DNA of 64,000 nucleotides from a bacterium (GCA_030612965.1 JAUWMW010000001.1:182-64181), one strand, 5' to 3'; positions 1 to 9,876 are shown, counted from the first letter of the stretch. Numbers and translations: made by a program. Notes: generated by a model from the sequence alone, not told the origin.

Positions 1-14
1 TATGGGGTGACAAC

Positions 15-1130
15 ATGACCCTACCTCAAACGGTAGGCGTAAGCACTTGTCCGTCGGGTCGCGGTCGCATGTGGGAAGATAATCTTGGCGATGATGAATA
101 CTTTGGATGTGAGTCATGGTCGGATTGGCACGCGAACTATCGAGATACGCAACTGGTGGATGCGTTGGGAGTCCTCGGGGACTCTCTTTGGTCTCGCCTA
201 AGCCTTCAGCTTTGCGTAAATGGCAACGGCTGGGCTGGTTCGGATATTAATCCCGTGCAGACAAATGCCTATGGTTTTCACAAAGAGTTTGCGGACACTA
301 CCAAGATTGGCAAGGTCAGTCGGGAGTTTGAATTCGGCGGACGGGTTTATCTCGCTGGAGAGTTCTTCGTGCCCGGACCCACAAATGCAGCCTCACAGAT
401 CGATAGTGCGACGGTGGCCGATCCTCAGTGTCCACCCTACTTCTACAAACACCAAGTGGAGATTGCTCTTTTTGGCGAAGAGTGGTGGTTTAATCCGAGG
501 GATTTATCGGCCAGCCGACATTATGGTTGGAACGAAGCATGGATCGGGGCCTTGGTTCAGTATTACCTCGTGCGATCAAGCGCAACGCATCTTTCCTTTG
601 CGGTTGGACCTTCATACAATGAATTGAACTGGCTCACGGGTGCCGGAGATGATGCTTGCGTAGCCGCTGGAGAGGACGGCGACTCTTGTTACTGGATAGA
701 CGCTTTAGGTGTGCGGCTGGGCCGTGACGATGATGCCGCCGGATGGAATACGGACACGGTAAGATGGTATCTTGGAAGCGTTCAGTGTTTACAGTGTATG
801 GACACAGTGGGAATTGGCAAAGACGATGTGAGTCAGAACTTTGTGATTTTCTTGAAACGCTGGGTGGGTGATGACGGCTACAGTTATGTGATCTTGCATA
901 GGACGGCGGGGGACAATCAAGCCACATTCACCAACAGTTGGTCGCCGACGTTTGATCTCCCTGCTGGTAGCTGGAGCAAGCTGACTATCGTTGGGGCTTG
1001 GGGGTCTGCGATCACTCAGGACTCGCTGCGAAACGGCGAGGGTGGGATATACCGGCAGGAGACGGGCGGGGAGGATGCCGGCAAAGCCAACAGAGAGCGG
1101 TTATTGAGAATGAGAAGGAGTGTCCTCTGA
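15..1130 (+). CDS. Hypothetical baseplate-module protein (may be 5'-truncated by the window)
   Basis: 371-aa ORF. Its TGA overlaps the next ATG (1128-1132). The frame stays open back to nt 3. W/D/G-rich with no motif recognised. Lies upstream of the gp25/J/I genes. Confidence 0.5.
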   Translation: MTLPQTVGVSTCPSGRGRMWEDNLGDDEYFGCESWSDWHANYRDTQLVDALGVLGDSLWSRLSLQLCVNGNGWAGSDINPVQTNAYGFHKEFADTTKIGKVSREFEFGGRVYLAGEFFVPGPTNAASQIDSATVADPQCPPYFYKHQVEIALFGEEWWFNPRDLSASRHYGWNEAWIGALVQYYLVRSSATHLSFAVGPSYNELNWLTGAGDDACVAAGEDGDSCYWIDALGVRLGRDDDAAGWNTDTVRWYLGSVQCLQCMDTVGIGKDDVSQNFVIFLKRWVGDDGYSYVILHRTAGDNQATFTNSWSPTFDLPAGSWSKLTIVGAWGSAITQDSLRNGEGGIYRQETGGEDAGKANRERLLRMRRSVL

Positions 1131-2170
1131 TGAAACGGAACTGGAAGTTACTATTATTGATCGCTCTCTTGTCTGGCGCGATCGCATACGGCGGAGCAAT
1201 CACACCGACGACCGAGGTCACGTTCGGTCCTGTGCAGTCTGTCTATCAAGATGGCAATACAGCAGTCCCAGATTCTATGCGTGTGTCAGTTTTTCGTAAC
1301 AGTTCTCAGGTCTTTGATGATTGGTTTAACTCCGGGGATCTCGACTGCTCTGTCTGGAATACTCACTGGTTGATTTTCTCTGACGCATTTCAAGACATCG
1401 ATGGTGCCGGAGGTGACGGTCACTATTCCGTTATGGTCATGGCTTATGATTTTGACTCAACTCTCTACACTCCCTACTACTGGAGCTTCGAGGTCGGGGT
1501 CGTCTTTGATCCGGTCAATGATGCGGTGGCAACCGTCACAACAACAGGTACGGCCACCAGCGTGACCGGCCTCGCGGCTGGGGCGATAGGGGTGGGTGAT
1601 TTTGCCACCGGGGCCATCACCGCTGATGCAATTGCGACCGACGCTATCGGAGCCGCCGAGTGGGCCGCCGGGACAAGTGCAGAGCTATATACCTACTTCG
1701 GAACAACCGGAGATATGGCTCTTGGCGCGGATATTACTCCGGTTGCATCAGACGTTGCTAACCTAAACGGATTCAACCCAGCCACTACCGCCGTCGTTCT
1801 ACCTTCCGCGACGGAAACTCAGATCGACAATATCGAAACGGACGTGGAGAACGTAAACGGGTTTAATTTCGTGACAACTCCCGTCGTTCCTGCGGATACG
1901 AGTGAGTCGGGAACCGACTTTGTGATGGTCGATGATTCTACGGCATTCCAGGGAGGCGCCAACAGTCTCACGCTCGCCGACATAAAGTATTGGATGGGTC
2001 TATATCTGACAATGTGGCCGGGCTGTAAAGCGTATTATGATGTCAGCGCGAACTACGACGACATTCATCTCGTCGATACCCTTGGAGATACTATTGTCAC
2101 ACAACGGTGGCATCACGTGGGTGGTGCGGCAGGTGATACGCCAGACACCGTTAGGGGAATTGCGCCATAA
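1130..2170 (+). CDS. Putative fibre-like structural protein with hydrophobic N-terminus
   Basis: The internal ATG at 1130 gives MKRNWKLLLLIALLSGAIAYG (signal/anchor-like). Contains shaft-like repeats GAITADAIATDAIGAAEW and NLNGFNPATTAVV / NVNGFNFVTTPVV. Confidence 0.5.
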   Translation: MKRNWKLLLLIALLSGAIAYGGAITPTTEVTFGPVQSVYQDGNTAVPDSMRVSVFRNSSQVFDDWFNSGDLDCSVWNTHWLIFSDAFQDIDGAGGDGHYSVMVMAYDFDSTLYTPYYWSFEVGVVFDPVNDAVATVTTTGTATSVTGLAAGAIGVGDFATGAITADAIATDAIGAAEWAAGTSAELYTYFGTTGDMALGADITPVASDVANLNGFNPATTAVVLPSATETQIDNIETDVENVNGFNFVTTPVVPADTSESGTDFVMVDDSTAFQGGANSLTLADIKYWMGLYLTMWPGCKAYYDVSANYDDIHLVDTLGDTIVTQRWHHVGGAAGDTPDTVRGIAP

Positions 2171-2697
2171 TGCCAAGAGATGCAAGACATGGAGTCCCGA
2201 GGGTGCGTGGGATTGGTGCCCCGGCAGGCGCAAGTAATAACGGAGGCTCCGGCATATTATCAGAAAGGCGGCAGCGAGTACCAGACCCTTATACTATAAG
2301 AGGTATCAGATGGCCCCTGAAAATCGTCGGTGGACGGTTCGCGACTTCCTCAGGAACCGCTCATATCAAACAAAGCATCGCGCAGATTATCCTCTGTGAA
2401 AAGGGTGATTACCTCATGCGTCCGACCTTCGGGTCCGGATTACCCGAAAGAGTTTTTGATCAGGTGTCTCTGTTGGCGTTAGTGTGGACTGATGTCGCAG
2501 ATGCATTGCGCATTTGGGAAAAGCGGGTCGAACTCGTAGATGTACGGGTCGGCCCGCTTGCAGCAGCAGGCACCTTTCAACTTGCGGCGGCCACGACTGA
2601 ATCCATACAGTCCGGTGTCGTCGGTATCAACATCAGCTTCCGCGAGCGAGACGCCGAGGAAGTTGTTGACATGGCCCTGACTACACAACGAAGGTGA
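2170..2697 (+). CDS. Baseplate wedge protein, gp25 / GpW-like
   Basis: Motif HIKQSIAQIILCEKGDYLMRPTFGSGL matches the gp25/GPW signature (IxQSIxxIL..xGE/D..RPxFGs). Sits directly upstream of the J-like gene. ATG overlaps the previous TAA. Confidence 0.8.
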   Translation: MPRDARHGVPRVRGIGAPAGASNNGGSGILSERRQRVPDPYTIRGIRWPLKIVGGRFATSSGTAHIKQSIAQIILCEKGDYLMRPTFGSGLPERVFDQVSLLALVWTDVADALRIWEKRVELVDVRVGPLAAAGTFQLAAATTESIQSGVVGINISFRERDAEEVVDMALTTQRR

Positions 2698-4229
2698 GCA
2701 TGATGTTTGTTGTAAGAGATACCTCGCGAACGCTACCGGCCAGTGCCGTGCCCTTTGTCAGCGCCACGCTGGATGACCTGTATGAATACGCCTTGGAACT
2801 GAAGCGTGCACAATGCCCCACCTGGACGGACGAAAGCGACAGCGACTTCGGTATCTTCCTCTTGCATACTTTCTGCGTGCTCGCGAAGTTCACCGCTGTC
2901 CAGGCGCACCGATGCAAAAACGACACCTACCTGGCCACGACCGCGGACCGTGAGGTCATGCGCAAGTTGTGCCAACTGATAAATTACGAGCTGGCCGAGG
3001 CATCTGCCGCAGCGGTGACGATGACGTTCACTTGTGAATCAGGTCATCCCGGTTTCACCATCACCGCCGGGAGCCAGGTCGCTACGGTAGAGACCGATGA
3101 CGAAGATGCGATCATCTTTGAGGTCGGAGCCGACACAGTGGTCGGTGCCGGTGTAACATCAATCACGGCAACCTGTAGCCAAGGCACCACCGTGTCACAA
3201 GAGAACGTCGGTCTCTCCGACGGCACCTCCGGACAGACCTTTACACTATTGAACAAGTCTGTGATCTGGCACTCCGAAACGGTTGAAGTTTACGACGGCA
3301 TCTGGACAAAGTGGACCCTGGTGGACGACTTCACGGAGTCGACACCGACGTCAAAACATTATCGCTTGCAGCTCGGCCCCGAGAGTACCTACCAAATGGT
3401 ATTTGGTGACGGAACCAACGGTGCTATTCCTCCCGTGCGCGATGAAGGTGTCCGGGTTACTTACCGCATCGGCGGCGGTACGATCGGTAATGTTGCTGCC
3501 GGCACGATTGTCGAGATCATTACGCCTTACCAATATGTTGAAAGCGTCACGAACGAGGCTATTGCTACCGGTGGCACGAACCAGGAGACATTGGAACACG
3601 CCAGGCAGTTTGCCCCGGCGGCTATCCGGAGTCTACAGCGAGCCGTGACCATCGACGATGTTGAATATCTCTGTGAACAGTATACGTCGACAACCTACGG
3701 GGGCGTGGCGAAGGCGCGTGCCCATGTGGTTGGTAGTTACCTGGCTCACGTGTCCGTGATTCCTCAGAGTGGCGGCCTGCCGAGTGCCGGGTTCAAGTCG
3801 GAACTATCTGCAATGCTGGCTGACAAAGTGATGATCGGGACTGTGATCGAGGTGATTGATCCACACTATGTTACCGTGGACATCTCCGCAGACGTCACCG
3901 TGATGCCAACCTATCATCTGCCAACAGTTGCCGGCGCCGTAGCGGCGCGCTTGCAGGCGTTCTTGTCACCGCTCTATCAGGACCCGCAAACGGGCCTGTA
4001 CTCGCATCAATTCGGCCGGAACATTTATATCTCGGACGTCTATGCCATCGTCAACGGCACGCCCGGTGTTGACTTTTGTCACATCACCGCACCCACATCG
4101 GATAACATCGTTGCGGACTATCAGATTGCAAGGCCCGGCACGATCACGATAACACCTTACGGTGACCAAGAGGCGCCACCGTTCCATGACAGCCGGTACA
4201 GACCGAGACCGGGACATTCGGATGTTTAG
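2694..4229 (+). CDS. Baseplate J-like protein (P2 gpJ / T4 gp6 family)
   Basis: 511 aa. The N-terminal TWTDESDSDFGIFLLHTF...YLATTADRE pattern and its size and position after gp25-like are typical of Baseplate_J. Start is GTG 2694 or ATG 2700. Confidence 0.8.
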   Translation: MSMMFVVRDTSRTLPASAVPFVSATLDDLYEYALELKRAQCPTWTDESDSDFGIFLLHTFCVLAKFTAVQAHRCKNDTYLATTADREVMRKLCQLINYELAEASAAAVTMTFTCESGHPGFTITAGSQVATVETDDEDAIIFEVGADTVVGAGVTSITATCSQGTTVSQENVGLSDGTSGQTFTLLNKSVIWHSETVEVYDGIWTKWTLVDDFTESTPTSKHYRLQLGPESTYQMVFGDGTNGAIPPVRDEGVRVTYRIGGGTIGNVAAGTIVEIITPYQYVESVTNEAIATGGTNQETLEHARQFAPAAIRSLQRAVTIDDVEYLCEQYTSTTYGGVAKARAHVVGSYLAHVSVIPQSGGLPSAGFKSELSAMLADKVMIGTVIEVIDPHYVTVDISADVTVMPTYHLPTVAGAVAARLQAFLSPLYQDPQTGLYSHQFGRNIYISDVYAIVNGTPGVDFCHITAPTSDNIVADYQIARPGTITITPYGDQEAPPFHDSRYRPRPGHSDV

Positions 4230-4237
4230 AGTAAAAC

Positions 4238-6760
4238 ATGAATAGTGAGCTAACAAAAACACGCCAACTCTCGCGACTCTTACCGCCTCGCGATGATACC
4301 CTCGGTCTCTGGCGGTTCCGCAATGATCTGTCCGACAGTTCTGGTTATGACCACGACTTAACGGCGGTCGCCATCGGTTCTTATATCTCCGGTGGCCTGA
4401 CCGAAAATGTGCTGACAGCCATTGCACCTACCGGGCCGGCGGGAGCAGCAGCCAAGATCGTTGCGGCGTCGGCGACTGACTTCGACATGGGCGCCGGGGA
4501 CTTTACTGTTGAGATCATAGCATATACGACGGAAACTTCGGGTATGTTCATGCTCAGTAAAAATGATGGCGGTTCACCATTGACCGGCTTCTATATCGGC
4601 GCCGGAGCGAACTTATTCGCCTATAAGATCGGTGATGGTTCCAACGAAGTGTCCGGAGTCAGCTCGGCGGCCGTGAATGATGGACGGTGGCATCATTTTG
4701 CTATAGTGTTTGATCGCACCAACGACCAGGTATGCTTTTACATAGACGGCATGGAAGATTCGGGCAGTCCGGACAATCTCGCCTCTGTGACCGGTAGTAT
4801 CTCAGCCGCGTCGAACGACTTCGAGGTTGGCAAATGGTGGAATGGTGGTATAGATGAGATTGCCTTTCATAAGCACGCCTTGTCGGCAGCCGAGATCGCT
4901 GCGCGGGCGGCCGGTAGGCTGGCACCGTTCGTGCGGGTCACGCCCGGGGAGCTGAAGGGATACCTGCGCGGAATAGACGATGCACCGATAGTCGATGAGG
5001 TCCTGCTGCCGTTTGAATATCCGTTTGCGGCCCTACGACAAAAGGCGCGTGAGATCACCGACCTCGTGAAGCTGGATCAAGTCCCTGAACGGCACCTGCC
5101 CGCGCTGGCGAGTCTTTTCAACTTTGAATTGCCAGACGCAACCCTACTTTCTCTCCGCAAACGGCGTATCATGTTCAAGTGGATCACCTGGCTTTATCAG
5201 CACAAAGGTACGCACGCCTGCGCGCAAAAATTGATTGATCTGGCGGGTCTCACGGCCACAACAATAGATCGATACCCCGACAACGTCGCGTTCATTTTGA
5301 ACGGCAGTCGAATCTTCGGATATGTTCTTGTGCCGCAGACGTTCTTCATCGAGGATTTCGCCGGGAATCTCTCTCAATGGGATCCGCCCTTGGATTCCAG
5401 CCTTCCCTGGCGGCTTCAGAATGAAGCCCTGTATTGTAAGGTTGGCGCTCTAATGGATTACGATAGCGCGATTCTGTTTGATGATTCCGAGAAATCGTTT
5501 TACATCCAGGCCGATGTCAAAATGATTGCCAATCCGGATGTGCCATTCGGGTTTTACCTGGCTTATCAAGATTCAAACAATTGGTTGCGACTCGCAAAGG
5601 AACCGGCCGTAGGGAACGCCAAATGGATGCTCCGCTGGTCGGATGCCGGTGTAACCGGCTACGCTTATATAGGTTCAACTTGGGGCGATTTCTGGGATAC
5701 CTATTCTGCCGGGGACACGATTAAGATATGGATTCATGCCGATTTGGACAAGAAAGTGTACACGGCCGGGGCCGACGATCACACTTGTGCCTTTGAGGTC
5801 ACACCTTCGCATCCAGACATAACGGGATCGAAAAAAGGGCTGTGGTTGGGATACAACGCCGAGCTCGAATGGGATAACGTGTCCGTGAAATCCATGCGGG
5901 CGCAAATCAATGCCGTATTGTTCGATGAGGACGCCCGTCTCGGTCGCGGTCTCAGACTCAACTATTCGGGCACATCGAGGAGTTCTCAGGCAAAGAAAGC
6001 GTATGTAGCTGCGGTTCTTCCTCGGTATGTCCCCCTCGGCGTCGTCCTGGAGTGGATCCGGGACATTCCGGTCGCTTCACGGATAGGATTTCGGACGGGT
6101 AATATCACGGTCGTGTCCGGCTGGGTTCTCAATGGAGACCGGGCAGCACGCATTGGTTTCCGGACGGGCGGCATTACCCCGATCAAGGGCAGCCTTGTGA
6201 GGACGCCAGACGCTTCGAGATTTGGACTGCGGACCAGTATTAGTGAGGTTGTTAAAGTCCCGGGAGCCATTCGGATAGGATTCAGAACGGGCGACATAAC
6301 GAAGATAAAGCAATATATCCCCGTGGAGGGGCACATAAACAATTTAGATACTGACCGAGAGAATGAGGCTTTCGGAGGCGATTCCCGTCCTTATCTCATC
6401 GATAGTGATTACGATACGCCAATGCCTTTTGAGCCAAGTGACGACTGTTCAATAGGATTAGAGTTCGCTGAGAGCAAAAACATTGACATAATCATACTGT
6501 ATGACTCTTACACATCAGAACCTGACGGTTTGTACTCGTCTGGTAATAATAAACTGAAAGTCTATTCGGGTTCATCAGATTCACCTTACGTGCTTGAAGA
6601 AACATTTGCTACGCTGACGCGAACAGGGAGGAAGATCGTCTTAAGTCTGGCAACCACAATAACCGCTAAATGGATCAAAGTATTCCCGCACGATGGAAAA
6701 TTAAGGTCCTCCAATGGCGAGGCATTATTCTATAGTGAAATTGAAGCATATCAGAATTAA
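4238..6760 (+). CDS. Fusion protein: LamG (concanavalin-like) + P2 gpI-like tail protein + 4x RIGFRTG repeats + discoidin/F5-8C-like C-terminal domain
   Basis: LamG pattern GDFTVE...GRWHHFAIVFD...FYIDG...GGIDEIAFHKHALSAAEI. gpI pattern HLPALASLFNFEL...KRRIMFKWITWLYQHKGT. The C-terminus ends in a WIKVFP...FYSEIEAY beta-sandwich-like segment. Confidence 0.7.
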   Translation: MNSELTKTRQLSRLLPPRDDTLGLWRFRNDLSDSSGYDHDLTAVAIGSYISGGLTENVLTAIAPTGPAGAAAKIVAASATDFDMGAGDFTVEIIAYTTETSGMFMLSKNDGGSPLTGFYIGAGANLFAYKIGDGSNEVSGVSSAAVNDGRWHHFAIVFDRTNDQVCFYIDGMEDSGSPDNLASVTGSISAASNDFEVGKWWNGGIDEIAFHKHALSAAEIAARAAGRLAPFVRVTPGELKGYLRGIDDAPIVDEVLLPFEYPFAALRQKAREITDLVKLDQVPERHLPALASLFNFELPDATLLSLRKRRIMFKWITWLYQHKGTHACAQKLIDLAGLTATTIDRYPDNVAFILNGSRIFGYVLVPQTFFIEDFAGNLSQWDPPLDSSLPWRLQNEALYCKVGALMDYDSAILFDDSEKSFYIQADVKMIANPDVPFGFYLAYQDSNNWLRLAKEPAVGNAKWMLRWSDAGVTGYAYIGSTWGDFWDTYSAGDTIKIWIHADLDKKVYTAGADDHTCAFEVTPSHPDITGSKKGLWLGYNAELEWDNVSVKSMRAQINAVLFDEDARLGRGLRLNYSGTSRSSQAKKAYVAAVLPRYVPLGVVLEWIRDIPVASRIGFRTGNITVVSGWVLNGDRAARIGFRTGGITPIKGSLVRTPDASRFGLRTSISEVVKVPGAIRIGFRTGDITKIKQYIPVEGHINNLDTDRENEAFGGDSRPYLIDSDYDTPMPFEPSDDCSIGLEFAESKNIDIIILYDSYTSEPDGLYSSGNNKLKVYSGSSDSPYVLEETFATLTRTGRKIVLSLATTITAKWIKVFPHDGKLRSSNGEALFYSEIEAYQN
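6080..6313 (+). repeat. Four in-frame ~22-aa repeats with core R-[IF]-G-[FL]-R-T-[GS] inside the gpI-fusion gene
   Basis: RIGFRTGNITVVSG / RIGFRTGGITPIKG / RFGLRTSISEVVKV / RIGFRTGDITKIKQ, read directly from the translation. Confidence 0.85.
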
Positions 6761-6772
6761 AGGAGATACATA

Positions 6773-7453
6773 ATGGCAAACGCTTATGTCACAAATCGAG
6801 GTTTGAAGCTTATACTGAGCACCTACTTCACGAACAACGCCACGGACGTGCCGGCGAGTTTCAAGCTGGCGCTCTGCACAAAGAAGAATGAGCAGAGTAT
6901 CGACAATGCGGCCGCCGTGGACAAAACAGGCGGGCTGGTCGGCATCCCCGTGACAGCTCACGGTCTCACGGCAGGTATGGCTATAGCGATTGATGACACC
7001 ACCAACTATGATGGCTGGTATCTTATCGTGAGTCAAACGACCAACGAGATTGTCATCACCGCCACCTATGTCGCTGAGACCTTCGGCGGGACCGAGACGA
7101 TTCATGAAGCACCGGGACCGAACACTAACGTCCTGACTGATCTTGAAGAGATTGCCGCTGGCAACGGCTACAGCGCGGGTGGTGAAGCTGTTGCCCGCAA
7201 CGTCACCGCCGGCTTCGACACTCTAACTGAGGACGACACCAATAATCAGGCATACCTGCAATTGCAAAATGTCGAATGGACGGCATCAGGTGGATCCATC
7301 CCTGCCTCCGGCGACGGCATACGCTATCCCGTGCTGGTGGATGATGCTGCTAACGTGCTTCTCTGGTGGGATTTGGAAACTTACGATAGTATCTCAACGG
7401 GCCAGAAGTTCACAATTCAGGATGCCGAAATATCGGCCATTGCGACGGTGTAA
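6773..7453 (+). CDS. Putative tail-fibre / fibre-adaptor protein
   Basis: 226 aa. The N-terminus MANAYVTNRGLKLILSTYF..FKLALCT resembles the N-termini of P2-H/Mu-type fibres (xxITxxGlxll). Lies after the baseplate I-like gene. Confidence 0.45.
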   Translation: MANAYVTNRGLKLILSTYFTNNATDVPASFKLALCTKKNEQSIDNAAAVDKTGGLVGIPVTAHGLTAGMAIAIDDTTNYDGWYLIVSQTTNEIVITATYVAETFGGTETIHEAPGPNTNVLTDLEEIAAGNGYSAGGEAVARNVTAGFDTLTEDDTNNQAYLQLQNVEWTASGGSIPASGDGIRYPVLVDDAANVLLWWDLETYDSISTGQKFTIQDAEISAIATV

Positions 7454-7455
7454 TC

Positions 7456-8556
7456 ATGGCAGATATCACACGCAACCAATTCTTGGCAGGTAAGGGCGTC
7501 CAGAAAAAGATATACCAAAAGGGCATCCTGCTGATGGACGCCGACCTCAATGAGCAGGCCGATGTTGAACTGGAAAGACATCGGCGGGCGTTATCGTGTC
7601 TGCTTAATCGTGAAGATGCGCGATTCGAGAATCCTTTGTGGACTGATGGCAGTGGCTTCAAAATCACCAACCACAATTCAGCGCTCACCGTTTATATTCT
7701 GGCCGGTGATGCAGCGTTTCACCTCGACGAGAATCATGCCGCGCTCGTTACGCATGAAGGACGGACCGAACTGACCGGATTCGCCAGTTGGGTCTCAGGT
7801 GGATTACGCACGGACCTGATTTATATAGATATCGAGGAAAAGGAAATCTCATCGGCCGACGATCCGAACATTGTTAATCCGGCCGTGGCGGCTGAAACCT
7901 GTCGCGATATACGTCTTACTTATGACATCAAAATCGAAGCTGGTGTGTTCCCACCGGCCTATTCCTTACCGAGTGCTCCAGCCGGTCATGTCTATCGAAA
8001 ACTTGCCCTCGTCTCCAAGGATGGCTCCAGCGATCAGATAACGACGGATGATATTGGAATGTTGTTGCCCATTCGTAGTGCCACAACCGCCCTCAATTCG
8101 ATGGAGATTCCGTTCTGGATGGAGGCATCAGTGTCTCATAGTAATTACGATGCTCAAGGTCTGGAAAACAACGACTTTACTTATTTAATAAGTAACGACG
8201 TCGATTCAAAGACGATCATTGTCATCAAAGTGCCGTATGTGTACGATCCGGCTCACAAATATCTTTCTCTGCATTGTCAAGTGAAACGGGCGTCATGGAC
8301 GGACGGTTATGTGCGCCTTGACGGATTTGCTCGGACAGGTACACAGGCGGGGATTCAACTCAGCGGGGCGTCTGAGACGCTGGAGGATGTGGTGAGCTAT
8401 CTGGACATTCCTGCTTCATTGACCGAGGGACAAGTCTATGAGATTCAGGTAGTCCTATCTGCCCAATCCGCAATCGGTTCTTGTTATATCTGGATGTACC
8501 GGCCTGTTCTATCGGCTGGCGTCGGACCGTTCATTCATGAGCTGGGTGGCGTGTGA
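7456..8556 (+). CDS. Hypothetical fibre-module protein
   Basis: 366 aa. The N-terminal QKGILLMDADLNEQ motif recurs in fibre-associated proteins, as far as I recall. Last structural gene before the lysis cassette. Confidence 0.45.
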   Translation: MADITRNQFLAGKGVQKKIYQKGILLMDADLNEQADVELERHRRALSCLLNREDARFENPLWTDGSGFKITNHNSALTVYILAGDAAFHLDENHAALVTHEGRTELTGFASWVSGGLRTDLIYIDIEEKEISSADDPNIVNPAVAAETCRDIRLTYDIKIEAGVFPPAYSLPSAPAGHVYRKLALVSKDGSSDQITTDDIGMLLPIRSATTALNSMEIPFWMEASVSHSNYDAQGLENNDFTYLISNDVDSKTIIVIKVPYVYDPAHKYLSLHCQVKRASWTDGYVRLDGFARTGTQAGIQLSGASETLEDVVSYLDIPASLTEGQVYEIQVVLSAQSAIGSCYIWMYRPVLSAGVGPFIHELGGV

Positions 8557-9065
8557 TGGTCATTGATTGTTTAGTTCCGCCCAAGTTGGCCGCTCTCGGG
8601 GTGAAACGTCAGGGCGATGGTAAGGCCGCGGACCTGTCGACGATTTGGGATACACCTTATCCGGTCTTGACAAATTACCAAAAGCTGATGGGCCGTCTCC
8701 TCTGGCAAGCCTACGCAGGAGGCACTAGGGGAATGCAGGGTCCATCGCATGTCCAGGGGTTCATCACGTCCGGCTACCGGGATGATATCATTGAAGGCCG
8801 GACAAGTTCACCCCACCTTTTTGCGATCGCGCTGGACATTGCCGCCGGTGGTGTGCACGACCAGGTGGGAGCAGCGAGGTTCGCTGTCGAATACTTCAAT
8901 CGGATAGGTCTCTATCCTGAGAACGGGTTCATTCACGTCGACCTGGCCACACCGGCGTGGATGCAACGGTATGGCGGTCGCTTGTTTTGGGTCCGGAAGG
9001 GCGGCAAGTACACGTCGTTCGACGACTTGGGTGAAGCCATCCTCTTTGCAGAAGGGAGATCATAA
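8556..9065 (+). CDS. Endolysin, peptidase M15 (zinc D-Ala-D-Ala / L-Ala-D-Glu peptidase fold)
   Basis: GFITSGYRD...SSPHLFAIALDIA...GFIHVD gives the H-x6-D ... H zinc triad pattern of Peptidase_M15_3. Followed by holin-like membrane genes. Confidence 0.75.
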   Translation: MVIDCLVPPKLAALGVKRQGDGKAADLSTIWDTPYPVLTNYQKLMGRLLWQAYAGGTRGMQGPSHVQGFITSGYRDDIIEGRTSSPHLFAIALDIAAGGVHDQVGAARFAVEYFNRIGLYPENGFIHVDLATPAWMQRYGGRLFWVRKGGKYTSFDDLGEAILFAEGRS

Positions 9066-9610
9066 TGAACATGAAAAAGGTGCTCGGACTTCTCGGTAGC
9101 GTAGTCAAGGGTGCTGCCGGTTTGGTCGGCGGCGACATTGTAACTAAGGCGGCCGAGGTTATTGATGCCATCTCCGGGAAGGCTGAGACCGATCCGGAGA
9201 TGCAGAAGTTGTTACAAGACCACGAGGCGACGATGGTCGGGCTGGCCCTGCAGGACGCCGAAGGTGCACGGCTCTTGATCCGGGAAGCCCAGAAGTCCGA
9301 AGATCCGTATGTCCGGCGCGTCCGACCGACATTCCTCTACCTGATCTACATCCTTTTGATTTTCAACTTCATTGTGATGCCGGTCCTATCCGGCGTCGCG
9401 GGCTTCGGAGTCGAGATCGTTCAGCTCACGGCGGAGGGAGCGATCACGACGAACGCGGTTGAGGCCGTAGAAACTATAGCCGTCAACACAATCGTTTATC
9501 CCGAGTTGCCGGAGCCGTTGTGGTGGGCGTTCACTTCGTCATTCCTCGGCTATGCTGGATTTCGATCATGGGATAAACGTAACAAACTCAAGAATGGAGA
9601 AAACAAATGA
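9065..9610 (+). CDS. Holin-like protein (resembles GTA-type 3-TM holin family)
   Basis: Soluble Gly/Ala-rich N-terminus, then RRVRPTFLYLIYILLIFNFIVMPVLSG plus further hydrophobic helices. Immediately downstream of the endolysin, with a TAATG overlap. Confidence 0.5.
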   Translation: MNMKKVLGLLGSVVKGAAGLVGGDIVTKAAEVIDAISGKAETDPEMQKLLQDHEATMVGLALQDAEGARLLIREAQKSEDPYVRRVRPTFLYLIYILLIFNFIVMPVLSGVAGFGVEIVQLTAEGAITTNAVEAVETIAVNTIVYPELPEPLWWAFTSSFLGYAGFRSWDKRNKLKNGENK

Positions 9611-9870
9611 CTACTCTCGAATGGGCCGACTTCATTCGGCCAATGATTCTGGGCTTTGGCATCGCGGTGCTGGTCCAGTTCACAAAGGATCAGGTTCAGA
9701 AGGCAATCACAATCGCCACGACCGGATACACGATCGGCGTCTGCTTGGTCGTCGCGATCGTATGGGGTTTGATCGGCGGCTGGACATGGCCGGGAATCTT
9801 CTTCTCGGCGGCGCTATCCTTCGCCGGGACTCAAGTCTGGTATTTGTTCGGCCGGGGCGTCCTCAGGTAG
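9607..9870 (+). CDS. Small multi-pass membrane protein (lysis accessory?)
   Basis: 87 aa and almost entirely hydrophobic helices. ATGA overlap with the holin-like gene. Confidence 0.55.
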   Translation: MTTLEWADFIRPMILGFGIAVLVQFTKDQVQKAITIATTGYTIGVCLVVAIVWGLIGGWTWPGIFFSAALSFAGTQVWYLFGRGVLR

Positions 9871-9876
9871 CTGACT

